From a virus (taxonomy: Duplodnaviria; Caudoviricetes), in IMG/VR virus record IMGVR_UViG_3300035138_000049, positions 1 to 51,505 of that record: DNA of 51,505 nucleotides; one strand, 5' to 3'. Each line of letters opens with the position of its first letter. Position 1 is the stretch's first letter. The notes below the pieces were generated by a model. That model was given only the letters and a program-made list of their open reading frames with translations, made no database searches and was not told where the DNA came from. The translations under genes were made by a program, and so were the position numbers. Below, in pieces: positions 29,221 to 36,966 of the stretch.

Positions 29221-29760
29221 ATGTCCTACGATCATTCGACTCATCCCGACGGTGAGACATGGCCGCAAAACGTACCGCTCCTGCCGTTCACGCCGGAGCT
29301 TGTGAAGCGCGCCGAACTATACCGCGACCCGCTGGCGACACAGCCCGACGTCGTGCTCAAACCCGGCGAACCTGCTTTGTCGGCGCTGTTCGCCATGCGC
29401 GGGGACCACAGAAGCGGGCCGCGTTTTTTCTGGCCGCTCGACGAGGAGAGCGGTAGCTACTACAGCGGCGACGGCACGCAGAACCTGCCATACGAGCCGG
29501 TCGATTTCTATCTGAGCGTAGAACTCAAGACCGGTGATGCCTGGGAGTTCTGGTTCAGGCGCAGGCCCGCAACCGACCCGGTCCCGGCGCAGTACGACGA
29601 GGACGGCAGCGTGACCGTGCCCGGCGTGGCCGCGCAGGAGCCAGTGGAATACTGCCTCAGACGCGACCGCAAGCCGGCGCGCGGCGAGGGCCGCGAGCAC
29701 CACGTCAATGTATTCGACAACGTGCGTGGGCTGGACGCGGTCGAGGCGCTGCTGGAATGA
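29221..29760 (+). CDS. Hypothetical protein
   Basis: Last + strand ORF of the late region. Confidence 0.6.
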   Translation: MSYDHSTHPDGETWPQNVPLLPFTPELVKRAELYRDPLATQPDVVLKPGEPALSALFAMRGDHRSGPRFFWPLDEESGSYYSGDGTQNLPYEPVDFYLSVELKTGDAWEFWFRRRPATDPVPAQYDEDGSVTVPGVAAQEPVEYCLRRDRKPARGEGREHHVNVFDNVRGLDAVEALLE

Positions 29761-29838
29761 GCAAATAGATCACCCGCGTCGCTTCGGTGGCGCGGTGCGG
29801 GGCCGGCATTGCCGGCCCCAGTGCTTTTGCAAGAAAGC

Positions 29839-29867
29839 AAAAAAGGCCCGGTCTTATGACCGGGCCT
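29839..29867 (-). terminator. Intrinsic terminator at the convergence of both arms
   Basis: AGGCCCGGTC-TTAT-GACCGGGCCT with U-run on the - strand. Confidence 0.8.
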
Positions 29868-29871
29868 GAAC

Positions 29872-30363
29872 TTACTTGTTCAAAGTTGCTGGTTCATCAT
29901 GTGCCGTTGGGTAGTGCGGGCCAACGGCTAGACGCCGCAAGCCCTCGCGCCTGCGCCCACTCCACTCAACATCCTGGCGTTGACGCAAGGCGCTAACTTC
30001 TCGTTGCGACAACTGGATACTTCCATTGCCATCGGTGGCGCGGTGTCCCAACCTACGACAATCGTCTTCTGTGGCACCTGGGACAAAGCCGGTGCCATCC
30101 TCTCGGACAAACACAAAGCCGCGCCAGGGAAGATGGTAGTAGTAGGTATCACTGCACCAGCCCGGTACCATTGCTGAGTACTTGCGATCAAGGTGGCCGG
30201 CCTTGTAGAGTCGTTCCAATACAAACCCAGCTTCTGCCTCGCCGGCAACACTTGGGTCATGCTCGCGGAGTACATAGTACGCTCCGCTAGGGTCCATGAA
30301 GCCCTGCGGCCACGTCCCCCCAAGCCTCTCAGTGATGATGCTTAGAAGTTCTTCGTCTGTCAT
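29872..30363 (-). CDS. Hypothetical protein (module C cargo)
   Basis: ATG just after the conserved 37-bp element. Confidence 0.6.
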   Translation of the reverse strand: MTDEELLSIITERLGGTWPQGFMDPSGAYYVLREHDPSVAGEAEAGFVLERLYKAGHLDRKYSAMVPGWCSDTYYYHLPWRGFVFVREDGTGFVPGATEDDCRRLGHRATDGNGSIQLSQREVSALRQRQDVEWSGRRREGLRRLAVGPHYPTAHDEPATLNK

Positions 30364-30372
30364 TGTTTTTCG

Positions 30373-30409
30373 CCTTTCGCCCCGCAGGGCAACTCAACAC
30401 TAGTCTACT
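30373..30409 (-). repeat. 37-bp intercistronic element, copy 1
   Basis: 34/37 identical to 38389-38425; differences confined to the hairpin loop. Confidence 0.85.
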
Positions 30410-30719
30410 TATCTTCATGGGCCGTCTTCACGCCCGGCGTGTGATAGCGCGGCTCATTCAGCCACGCCTCGAATGCTTCGCGCGCAAACGCCCAGGTCTT
30501 GCCGACCTGCCGCGCGCCCTCGATGTACCCCAGTCTGCACGCCCGCCGGATGTTGCGGGCGTGCGGTGCGTCTGGGTACTGCTCGCTCGCCTTGGTTACG
30601 GTTAATTCGTCCATATGGCGCTGAATGTTCTCCCAAACCGGGCGATCAACCGACCATTCATCCTCAAGGCCGATTGACACAGCATAGGTTTCTGCGCCAG
30701 GATAGTCTTTTATCATCAT
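30405..30719 (-). CDS. HTH_17/excisionase-like DNA-binding protein (module C)
   Basis: LTVTKASEQY..HARNIRRACRLGYIEGARQVGKTWAF; AAGGAG RBS. Confidence 0.8.
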   Translation of the reverse strand: MMIKDYPGAETYAVSIGLEDEWSVDRPVWENIQRHMDELTVTKASEQYPDAPHARNIRRACRLGYIEGARQVGKTWAFAREAFEAWLNEPRYHTPGVKTAHEDK

Positions 30720-30733
30720 CCTGCTCCTTACTA

Positions 30734-30873
30734 GCCCTTGCGGGCGCCTCGCTCTATGCGGGCCGGCGGGGAGTTGCACCCCTTGCGCATCCCTGCGCAC
30801 CATCGCCATACTCTGGCAGCCCAGATGTGCCGGTTTTACCGACCGGCGCGGTTGCACCCCCACCGAAGTGGGG
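30734..30873 (-). ncRNA. Structured intergenic RNA with tetraloop hairpins and a degenerate tRNA-like 3' part
   Basis: cUUCGg, GGGA and GCAA tetraloop hairpins; GGGG-TGCAACT-CCCC T-arm-like hairpin. Confidence 0.45.
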
Positions 30874-30883
30874 AAAGACTTTC

Positions 30884-31210
30884 TTACTTATAGATGCGCT
30901 CAAGTTCATTTTTCAGGTCTTTGCACATTTCGACGCGGGTAGGATTGGTAATTTCGACTTCATCGCCGGTATCAGGATCAAACTCCTGCCAGTTTCGAAC
31001 GGCCCAATCTGCTGCATCATTGATGGCGTCGTCAAGTGACAGTTCGCCAGCCTCAATAACACTCATGGGCAACTCAATTTCGTTTGCCCACTGCCGCGTG
31101 AAATTGTACCATTCCGTTATCCAGTTTCCGTCATTTGACACCAAATTGATATCAATGACCCGACTTCCGTCCTCGCGCACATCCATTAATCGTTTGGCGC
31201 TCATTTCCAT
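30884..31210 (-). CDS. Hypothetical acidic protein (module C cargo)
   Basis: AAGGAG RBS. Confidence 0.7.
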   Translation of the reverse strand: MEMSAKRLMDVREDGSRVIDINLVSNDGNWITEWYNFTRQWANEIELPMSVIEAGELSLDDAINDAADWAVRNWQEFDPDTGDEVEITNPTRVEMCKDLKNELERIYK

Positions 31211-31224
31211 ATCTCCTTCTGCTA

Positions 31225-31284
31225 TTGGCCTGCCTCATCAGTGCGTGGGCTGCCATCCCACAACGACCGTCTCCGGTTTCGCCT
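31225..31284 (-). ncRNA. Hammerhead-like ribozyme (type II topology)
   Basis: C-GAAA-CCG(GAGA)CG-GTC...GTGGG/CCCAC stem...CTGATGA-G; stem II weak. Confidence 0.65.
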
Positions 31285-31386
31285 CTACTTTGGTGGTCCT
31301 GTTTGCCAGGCTTTCGCGGTGTGTTCCGCGTGTCTCCGGTTGTTTGGCGGTTCGAGCGCCCCGGTGTTTTTTGCTGTTGTGACTAT

Positions 31387-31415
31387 ATTATATCCCATAT
31401 CGGCTATAATGTCAA
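31387..31415 (-). promoter_or_regulatory. Sigma70-type promoter, module C
   Basis: TTGACA-17-TATAAT. Confidence 0.9.
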
Positions 31416-31435
31416 GTACCAAATAGTGAAATCCA

Positions 31436-31470
31436 CCCCCTAAAAAATGGGGGGGGGAGAGGGCTACCCG
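31436..31470. repeat. Conserved module-boundary site M1
   Basis: CCCCC-TAAAAAAT-GGGGG...GCTAC. Confidence 0.75.
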
Positions 31471-31471
31471 A

Positions 31472-31501
31472 ATAAAAGAAGCCCGGTGGTGAGCCGGGCT
31501 T
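31472..31501 (-). terminator. Intrinsic terminator ending module B
   Basis: AAGCCCGG-7-CCGGGCTT then CTTTTATT on the - strand. Confidence 0.75.
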
Positions 31502-31531
31502 AGTGGTTTGGTTGTGGGGTTGGTGGTGTGG

Positions 31532-32137
31532 TTACGCCACCTCCAGCACCGGGTTGCCCGCTGCGTCTGCCAAGATAACGTCACCGGATTCACCTCGGTG
31601 CGTGTAGGCAGTCATGCCATCTGTGTTGTATCCGATGTTTTCCAGATCGTGGCGCAGGTCGCTGAGTGTAGTGAGTTCCTCGTCGCTTCCCCATACGTCG
31701 CCAACGTACTTGATCTGGAAATTGCCGCCGTGCGTCTCAATCAGCCTGTCCAATGCGGTCAATTCGTACACTTCGTATTCCTCCTGTTTGTTCTGACTCA
31801 TATATGAACGAAAGCTAATTGCTGGAAATACCCACGCTCGCCCGCGCTTCTTCGCGCCGTCAATCAGCGGCGCCCAGCGGCGGACGGTGGAAACCGGCAC
31901 GCCGTACTCTTTCGCTGCCTCACTGACAGTTATCCAGCGCCAGCCAAGAGCCTCGTTGAAGCGGTGAAGGTCGTCGCCGAACACTTCACCGTTAATAGCG
32001 TCCTTGAAGGCTTGCAGATCGTCAGCATCGCCAATCAGAAAACCGTGCTCGTTGCCGTCCGTAACGGCGAACCATATCTCAGGCTCGCCGTCGTCGTTGG
32101 TCATTGCAATACGGTGTAGCTGAAATTTTGTTTTCAT
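31532..32137 (-). CDS. Protein with central HTH_17/excisionase-like domain (module B)
   Basis: WITVSEAAKEYGVPVSTVRRW..GAKKRGRAWVF. Confidence 0.8.
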   Translation of the reverse strand: MKTKFQLHRIAMTNDDGEPEIWFAVTDGNEHGFLIGDADDLQAFKDAINGEVFGDDLHRFNEALGWRWITVSEAAKEYGVPVSTVRRWAPLIDGAKKRGRAWVFPAISFRSYMSQNKQEEYEVYELTALDRLIETHGGNFQIKYVGDVWGSDEELTTLSDLRHDLENIGYNTDGMTAYTHRGESGDVILADAAGNPVLEVA

Positions 32138-32661
32138 CAGTCCACCTCAAAGACAAGCCGCTTTCCGTGCATGTGCGGATCGGCAACTGCCTTGATCGCC
32201 GCGCTGTAAGCCTTCTGCGTAAATGTATCCGGCGCGTTGTCGCGCCACGCCTGGAAGAGCGCTCGCCGGATATTGATGGCAATTTGGCGTATATTCAGGA
32301 TGCCATTCTCATTTAAAGCGAGTGGCTCGACGCTCGTGACAACCAAGACACTGAGTCTTTCCCAGCCGTTCGGGTGCGGCGACCGGAATTTAAATGAGCC
32401 ATCGTAGTGTGTTGGAAAGTTACCGCTTGTTGCGCGATCTTCCATTTCAAATCGAATTGGCAGTTCTTCTTCGACCGAAAATTGTTCAGTGATCTGGCTC
32501 AAATCGCCGCGAGATATTCGCCAGGCTTTATCCTGACCATCGAAGCGTGCGCCGGCTGCCTTGATTGCGTCTTTCATTTCGCTAAACGTGCCGCCAGTGA
32601 CGGTGTAATAGTGCGGCACAATTTCATCTTTCGCCTGAGTCTTGATCGTTACATAATCCAT
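32137..32661 (-). CDS. Hypothetical protein (module B cargo)
   Basis: GGTFSEMKDAIKAAGARFDGQDKAW; first ORF after promoter. Confidence 0.7.
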   Translation of the reverse strand: MDYVTIKTQAKDEIVPHYYTVTGGTFSEMKDAIKAAGARFDGQDKAWRISRGDLSQITEQFSVEEELPIRFEMEDRATSGNFPTHYDGSFKFRSPHPNGWERLSVLVVTSVEPLALNENGILNIRQIAINIRRALFQAWRDNAPDTFTQKAYSAAIKAVADPHMHGKRLVFEVD

Positions 32662-32699
32662 CTTTCTAGCTCCTGTATGTACTCAACTTCATTACATAC

Positions 32700-32728
32700 A
32701 GTATAAGCGATATTCGCCCATATGTCAA
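32700..32728 (-). promoter_or_regulatory. Sigma70-type promoter, module B, with an inverted repeat around the -35
   Basis: TTGACA-17-TATACT; AGCGATATTCGC / GCGAATACCGCT inverted repeat. Confidence 0.85.
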
Positions 32729-32748
32729 GCGAATACCGCTAACATTCG

Positions 32749-32783
32749 CCCCCTAAAAATTGGGGTAGGTGGCTACTCCGCCA
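32749..32783. repeat. Conserved module-boundary site M2
   Basis: CCCCC-TAAAAATT-GGGGTAG-gtgg-CTACTCCGCCA. Confidence 0.8.
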
Positions 32784-33168
32784 CCACTATTCCGCACTTT
32801 GGGCACCAATACGGACCGGTCAACTCGCCGTCACGGTCGCGATCCGGCGCGACGGCGGCGTCCAGTCCGCAGCGCTCACAAACCCAATCGATGTCCTCGC
32901 GACCATCCCCAAAGAACGGGTTCGCGTCTGCTTCGATAAGTGGCGCGTTGGCCGCCAGCTTGCCGAGCGCGACCAGTCCGCGCCGCTGCCGGAGATAGTC
33001 GGCCCACTCGTCAACAGAACGCTCGTCCCACAGGGGATATCGAGGGCCGAACGGCTCCCACTTGTCGATTTTCTCGGCAAGGCCACTTTGATAGAACGCT
33101 TGGCGGCTGGACAAGCCCAGCCGCTCAAGCGCTTCACGAGTGGTGAGGGTGTTGGGAGGGGAAGTCAT
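32773..33168 (-). CDS. HTH (excisionase/AlpA-like) + Zn-ribbon protein (module A)
   Basis: LTTREALERLGLSSRQAFY..PLWDERSVDEW; CERC...CPKC. Confidence 0.75.
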   Translation of the reverse strand: MTSPPNTLTTREALERLGLSSRQAFYQSGLAEKIDKWEPFGPRYPLWDERSVDEWADYLRQRRGLVALGKLAANAPLIEADANPFFGDGREDIDWVCERCGLDAAVAPDRDRDGELTGPYWCPKCGIVVAE

Positions 33169-33169
33169 G

Positions 33170-33388
33170 TTATCCCCCTGCATCAATTCTGTCTTCCGCG
33201 TCCTGCGCGTTGTAGCCCAGGAAAATCCAGTTTCCCGGTTGACCAGGAATAACTGCGCCAACGCCCAGCTTTGCGGAGCGCTTCCACCAGCCGCGCCGCG
33301 TGACGGGCGCGCCGCCGGTCTGTTCATAGCCGGTGGCGAAAATGACTTCGCTACCGACCAACTTTGCAAGACGCTTTTTTGCACTCAT
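33170..33388 (-). CDS. Hypothetical protein (module A cargo)
   Basis: GGAGG RBS, coupled. Confidence 0.6.
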   Translation of the reverse strand: MSAKKRLAKLVGSEVIFATGYEQTGGAPVTRRGWWKRSAKLGVGAVIPGQPGNWIFLGYNAQDAEDRIDAGG

Positions 33389-33741
33389 AGAACCTCCAAA
33401 ACTTCGATTGTATCGGCTTCGAAAATGATTTGATCGTGCTCGTGCTCGTGGCTACACAGGTAGCCGCAGCCACGAATTTTGAAACAAACCGCGTCGGGGT
33501 CGGCTATCTCGTACCACTCGCTACCGCACTCGCGGGATGTGTAGGCGAAAACCGCGCCGTCCCCTTCGGTCGCAGCACCGCCATCCGTGAAACCCAGGGC
33601 TTCGTTCCACTCACAACCTAGGAACCCGGTCGCATCAATGCTCTCTGCTGCATGCTGATCGGTGTAGTGGTAGCCCACAAAAACACCTTCCTCTTTTACT
33701 GTCAGATATTCCGCTTGATTGATGGTGTCTTTGTGGCTCAT
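33385..33741 (-). CDS. Hypothetical protein, possible ADP-ribosyltransferase-like fold (module A cargo)
   Basis: GYHYT..AESIDATGF..GDGAVFA pattern. Confidence 0.5.
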   Translation of the reverse strand: MSHKDTINQAEYLTVKEEGVFVGYHYTDQHAAESIDATGFLGCEWNEALGFTDGGAATEGDGAVFAYTSRECGSEWYEIADPDAVCFKIRGCGYLCSHEHEHDQIIFEADTIEVLEVL

Positions 33742-33774
33742 TTCCCCGTTCCGTTGCTTCGTTACTATAGTCTT

Positions 33775-33803
33775 ATTGTATCACGCTATTTACGCGATGT
33801 CAA
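33775..33803 (-). promoter_or_regulatory. Sigma70-type promoter, module A
   Basis: TTGACA-17-TACAAT. Confidence 0.85.
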
Positions 33804-33820
33804 TGGTTGGTAACGAAAGA

Positions 33821-33854
33821 CTACCCCTAAAAAGTGGGGGTAGCTACTCCGCCA
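33821..33854. repeat. Conserved module-boundary site M3, abutting the recombinase stop codon
   Basis: CTACCCC-TAAAAAGTG-GGGGTAG (perfect 7-bp arms) then CTACTCCGCCA. Confidence 0.8.
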
Positions 33855-34818
33855 GCATCTCCACCGCCGCATCTACCCGCTCCTCTTTGGTACGTGCGTA
33901 GTATGCCCGCGTGGTTTCCACGCTTCGATGCCCCAGGTAATCCTGCACCACATCAAGCGCGACCCCGGCATTGACCAGCCGGGTTGCGACGTAGTGGCGG
34001 AAGTCGTGCGGGTGGATCGCCGGCAGGCCCAGCGCCCGCCGGGCTGCATCGACCACGTGCCACACGGCTTGTCGGCTTAAAGCACGTCCCTCGTAGCGCT
34101 TGCTGTGCGCGATGAACAGCAGTTCGGTGTCACCCGCGTCGCGCTTTTCCAGGTACGCCTTGACATAATCCAGGCTCTCGCGAAAACGCAGGTAATAGCC
34201 GTGCCCGCCTTTGCCCTTGACGTATACGCGCCAAACGTCGTCGCCCTCGAATGCCTGGGCCGGGAAGTCGCCGGCTCGCAAAGAAAGCACCTCACTGATG
34301 CGCCCGCCGCTCTCAGCCAGGCAGTGCATCAGTGCGCGGTTGCGCAGCGTCTCCAGCGCCCACCGCGCGACCCGGTCGGGGTCCGGGTTGGTGGCAAGCT
34401 TCGGGGGCATGGATGCGCGGTCGTAGTACGCGATCACCTGCTCGATGCCTTCGGGTGGCTCCGGTGGTTTGTGGTCGGCGCGGAAGGTGCTGCCCTTGCG
34501 CGTCGCCTGGTCGAGCGCCCACAGCGCTTTTGCAAGCGGGAATGCGGCGGGGAGGTGGTCGTTGACCGACATCCACTCGAACCAGCGGCGGCACGCGCTG
34601 AGGTACAGCCTGACCGAAGCGGGGGACAGGTCGCGTTCGTCGAGCAGCCATTGCGTGAACTTGACCAGGATCGCCTTGTCGCCGGCGTCGAGCTGCACTA
34701 GGGGCTTGGGCGCGAACTCGATGAACAGATCAATGCCGCGCCGGTAGGTGTCGATCGTGTGGTGTGTACGCACCATCTCGGACAGGAAGGCGTCGCGGGT
34801 GAAGGGGTAGATCATCAT
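33844..34818 (-). CDS. Tyrosine recombinase/integrase (XerC/D-like)
   Basis: RNRAL..SGGRISEVL, KGKG, HPHDFRH, LGHRSVETTRAY; N-terminal core-binding domain. Confidence 0.95.
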   Translation of the reverse strand: MMIYPFTRDAFLSEMVRTHHTIDTYRRGIDLFIEFAPKPLVQLDAGDKAILVKFTQWLLDERDLSPASVRLYLSACRRWFEWMSVNDHLPAAFPLAKALWALDQATRKGSTFRADHKPPEPPEGIEQVIAYYDRASMPPKLATNPDPDRVARWALETLRNRALMHCLAESGGRISEVLSLRAGDFPAQAFEGDDVWRVYVKGKGGHGYYLRFRESLDYVKAYLEKRDAGDTELLFIAHSKRYEGRALSRQAVWHVVDAARRALGLPAIHPHDFRHYVATRLVNAGVALDVVQDYLGHRSVETTRAYYARTKEERVDAAVEMLAE

Positions 34819-34850
34819 ATCACCTCTAGTCGACAAGTTCTATCCCAATC

Positions 34851-35009
34851 CTAAAACAGAACATCAATTATGAAGGTGAGGGCCTTACCTATAATCAGTC
34901 CAAGTAGGACCGCACCGCCAATATCCTTAAGACAACTTCCGCCCTGTTTATCTGGAGGCCCAGGCTCACCCATTTGATTTTTAAAGAATGTTGGTCTTAT
35001 CCATCCCAT
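34851..35009 (-). CDS. 52-aa membrane peptide (not in ORF track)
   Basis: AAGGAG RBS; MGWIRPTFFK...IGGAVLLGLIIGKALTFIIDVLF. Confidence 0.5.
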   Translation of the reverse strand: MGWIRPTFFKNQMGEPGPPDKQGGSCLKDIGGAVLLGLIIGKALTFIIDVLF

Positions 35010-35072
35010 CGCATCGCTCCTTGAGTAGGGTAGGGCATCACCCCCGCGCCCGATTTTGCTTACATAATCATG

Positions 35073-35095
35073 GAAATGACACCTAATGTCATTTC
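35073..35095. promoter_or_regulatory. Operator-like palindrome upstream of the recombinase unit
   Basis: GAAATGACA-CCTAA-TGTCATTTC perfect 9-bp arms in AT-rich intergenic DNA. Confidence 0.6.
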
Positions 35096-35135
35096 ACCGT
35101 TACTATCACGAAATCTTGCGCCCACTATCCGAAAT

Positions 35136-36488
35136 TCAACCCGCCTCGGCCGCGTCGCCGTCGTCGGGTAGATCGTCCGGGCCGTAGTCCAGGGACATGT
35201 TCCAGCTCGTTTTTTGCCGAAATTCGCCCTCGATAACCCCTTTTTCACTGGTGTCCTGGTGTGGTGTGGTGTGGTGTGGTTGGTGTGGTGTGGTGTGGTG
35301 CCGGTAATTTCGCACGGGCGGCGGCAAAATTTCGGGTAGTGCCGGCACGTTGGGCGCGTCGAACGATGTCAGCCAGACGGTGTGTTTGAGTGCCTGGGTA
35401 ACGGTCATCGGCTGCCCATCCCTGCCGCGCGCCAGCACCCAACTGCTGTTTGGGTGCCCCGTCTCTTTTTCGATCAAGGCCAAATCGGAGAGGAACCCTA
35501 CCATTACGTGATAGGTATCTTCGCTGATGCTGGCGGCTGCGCACAACCGCCGGCGGCTGAAGCCCACCGGCGCATCCTCGCCGCGCGGGACGTGCTCTGT
35601 CCAACGCAAGAAGCCCAACGCGGCCAACTTCCACGCCTGCCGTACCTGCCGCTCACTGGCCCGGAACGCGGCATCCATCGCGTCGGGCTTGATCGCAGCG
35701 CGCAGTCGCTCGGCCCGCGTTGGTTCGTCGCCTGGCGCGGCCAGCGCCGGCGCGGGCGCGAAACCGGGCAGTGCGCGGGGTTCGCCGGTCTGCGCATCGA
35801 TGTACAAGCCGGCTTGCTCCATGATGAGCTGCCGGCGCGTGTAAATCGCGCGCTTGAGCGATAGGAACCGGGCGTAGTGCCACAGCACAATCGCGGCGGC
35901 AATCGTGGCGATGCTCACTATCGCAATTTTGGCGACGTGCCCGGTCTGCCGGTCCAGGTCAGCCTGGCCGGCCTTGCGCTCTGTTTCTTTCGCTTCGGTT
36001 TCGAGTTCTTTGGCGCGGGCGGCCTCCTGGGTGGCATAGGCGTCCTCCACGGCTTCCGCGCGCGCCGTTGCGGTGGCATCCGTCTGGTCGCGCTCCAGTG
36101 CAAGCGCCTGTGTCGTCGCGGTCGCCGCCGCGCTGTTGGCGTATGCGGTCGCGCCGGCGTTGTATTCCTCGACCTGCAACGTGAGCGCCAGCGCCGCGCT
36201 CGTGGCGTCGGCCTGAGCGCGCTCGTAGGCGAGCTGCGTTGCCATCGCATTACGCGCTTCGGCGGTGCTGGTCTGCTCGACGAAATACAGATTGTTCGCC
36301 ATTTCGCGGACGCTGGCGTTGGGGTCTGCCAGGGTCACGGTGGGGCCGGCGGGCATCACGGTTGGCGCTGGTGTCGCAGTGACGACCTCGACGATGCGCT
36401 CGGCTTGCGGGGTTTGTGCGGTGGTGCAGCCAGCGAGCAGGAGAAGGGCCAGGGCGGTAAGTATTACCCGGTTATACTTCCTGCCCAT
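35136..36488 (-). CDS. Lipoprotein-signal, Ala/Thr-rich membrane protein with C-terminal winged-helix-like region
   Basis: LLLLAG-C lipobox, TAT repeats, TM helix, FSRRRLC..SISEDTY..LSDLALI. Confidence 0.7.
   Translation of the reverse strand: MGRKYNRVILTALALLLLAGCTTAQTPQAERIVEVVTATPAPTVMPAGPTVTLADPNASVREMANNLYFVEQTSTAEARNAMATQLAYERAQADATSAALALTLQVEEYNAGATAYANSAAATATTQALALERDQTDATATARAEAVEDAYATQEAARAKELETEAKETERKAGQADLDRQTGHVAKIAIVSIATIAAAIVLWHYARFLSLKRAIYTRRQLIMEQAGLYIDAQTGEPRALPGFAPAPALAAPGDEPTRAERLRAAIKPDAMDAAFRASERQVRQAWKLAALGFLRWTEHVPRGEDAPVGFSRRRLCAAASISEDTYHVMVGFLSDLALIEKETGHPNSSWVLARGRDGQPMTVTQALKHTVWLTSFDAPNVPALPEILPPPVRNYRHHTTPHQPHHTTPHQDTSEKGVIEGEFRQKTSWNMSLDYGPDDLPDDGDAAEAG
35257..35300. 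repeat. (TGGTG)n microsatellite inside the CDS
   Basis: About 9 near-perfect pentamers encoding HHTTPHQPHHTTPHQ. Confidence 0.85.
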
Positions 36489-36966
36489 TTCCACCTTCCG
36501 CTTCTGGTGTCGCTTCCCCAAGCCAGCCGTCAATGTCCGCGACGCACATACGCGACGTCTCCGCAAAGGCGGTCGCGCTGATGACGTCGCAGGCGATCGC
36601 TTGGGCAATTGTTGCGGCGAACTGGCGGCCCTTGAGCGCCGCGTTGCGCAGCGCTGCCGCCGACCGCTCCAGCTCCTTCCTGCGCTTCACCTCTTTGACG
36701 ATCCGGTCCCTATCGGTCCGATACCACTCATCGAGCCGCTGGAGCCGTCCGAGCAGCCCCTTGGCGGTACGGCTGTATCCGCTGTGCTCGATGCCCAGCG
36801 CGTCCAAGATGTCGTGGCAAGCGTCGAGGTCGGCTTGCGTGTCTTTGCAGTCGCCACATGCCCAATACTCTGCCTCGGCCTTCACCGCTGCCGCTCGCTC
36901 CGCGTCGAGCCTTGCCTGCACTTCGTCTAAGTGCCGTTTAACTTCCCGATAGTTCTTAATTTTCAT
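36472..36966 (-). CDS. Hypothetical coiled-coil protein
   Basis: Coupled ORF. Confidence 0.6.
   Translation of the reverse strand: MKIKNYREVKRHLDEVQARLDAERAAAVKAEAEYWACGDCKDTQADLDACHDILDALGIEHSGYSRTAKGLLGRLQRLDEWYRTDRDRIVKEVKRRKELERSAAALRNAALKGRQFAATIAQAIACDVISATAFAETSRMCVADIDGWLGEATPEAEGGNGQEV

Noticed and set aside
31436-33854. CRISPR array or classical integron
   Set aside because: Repeats are over 1 kb apart with genes between; no cas genes; no attC-type structure recognised.
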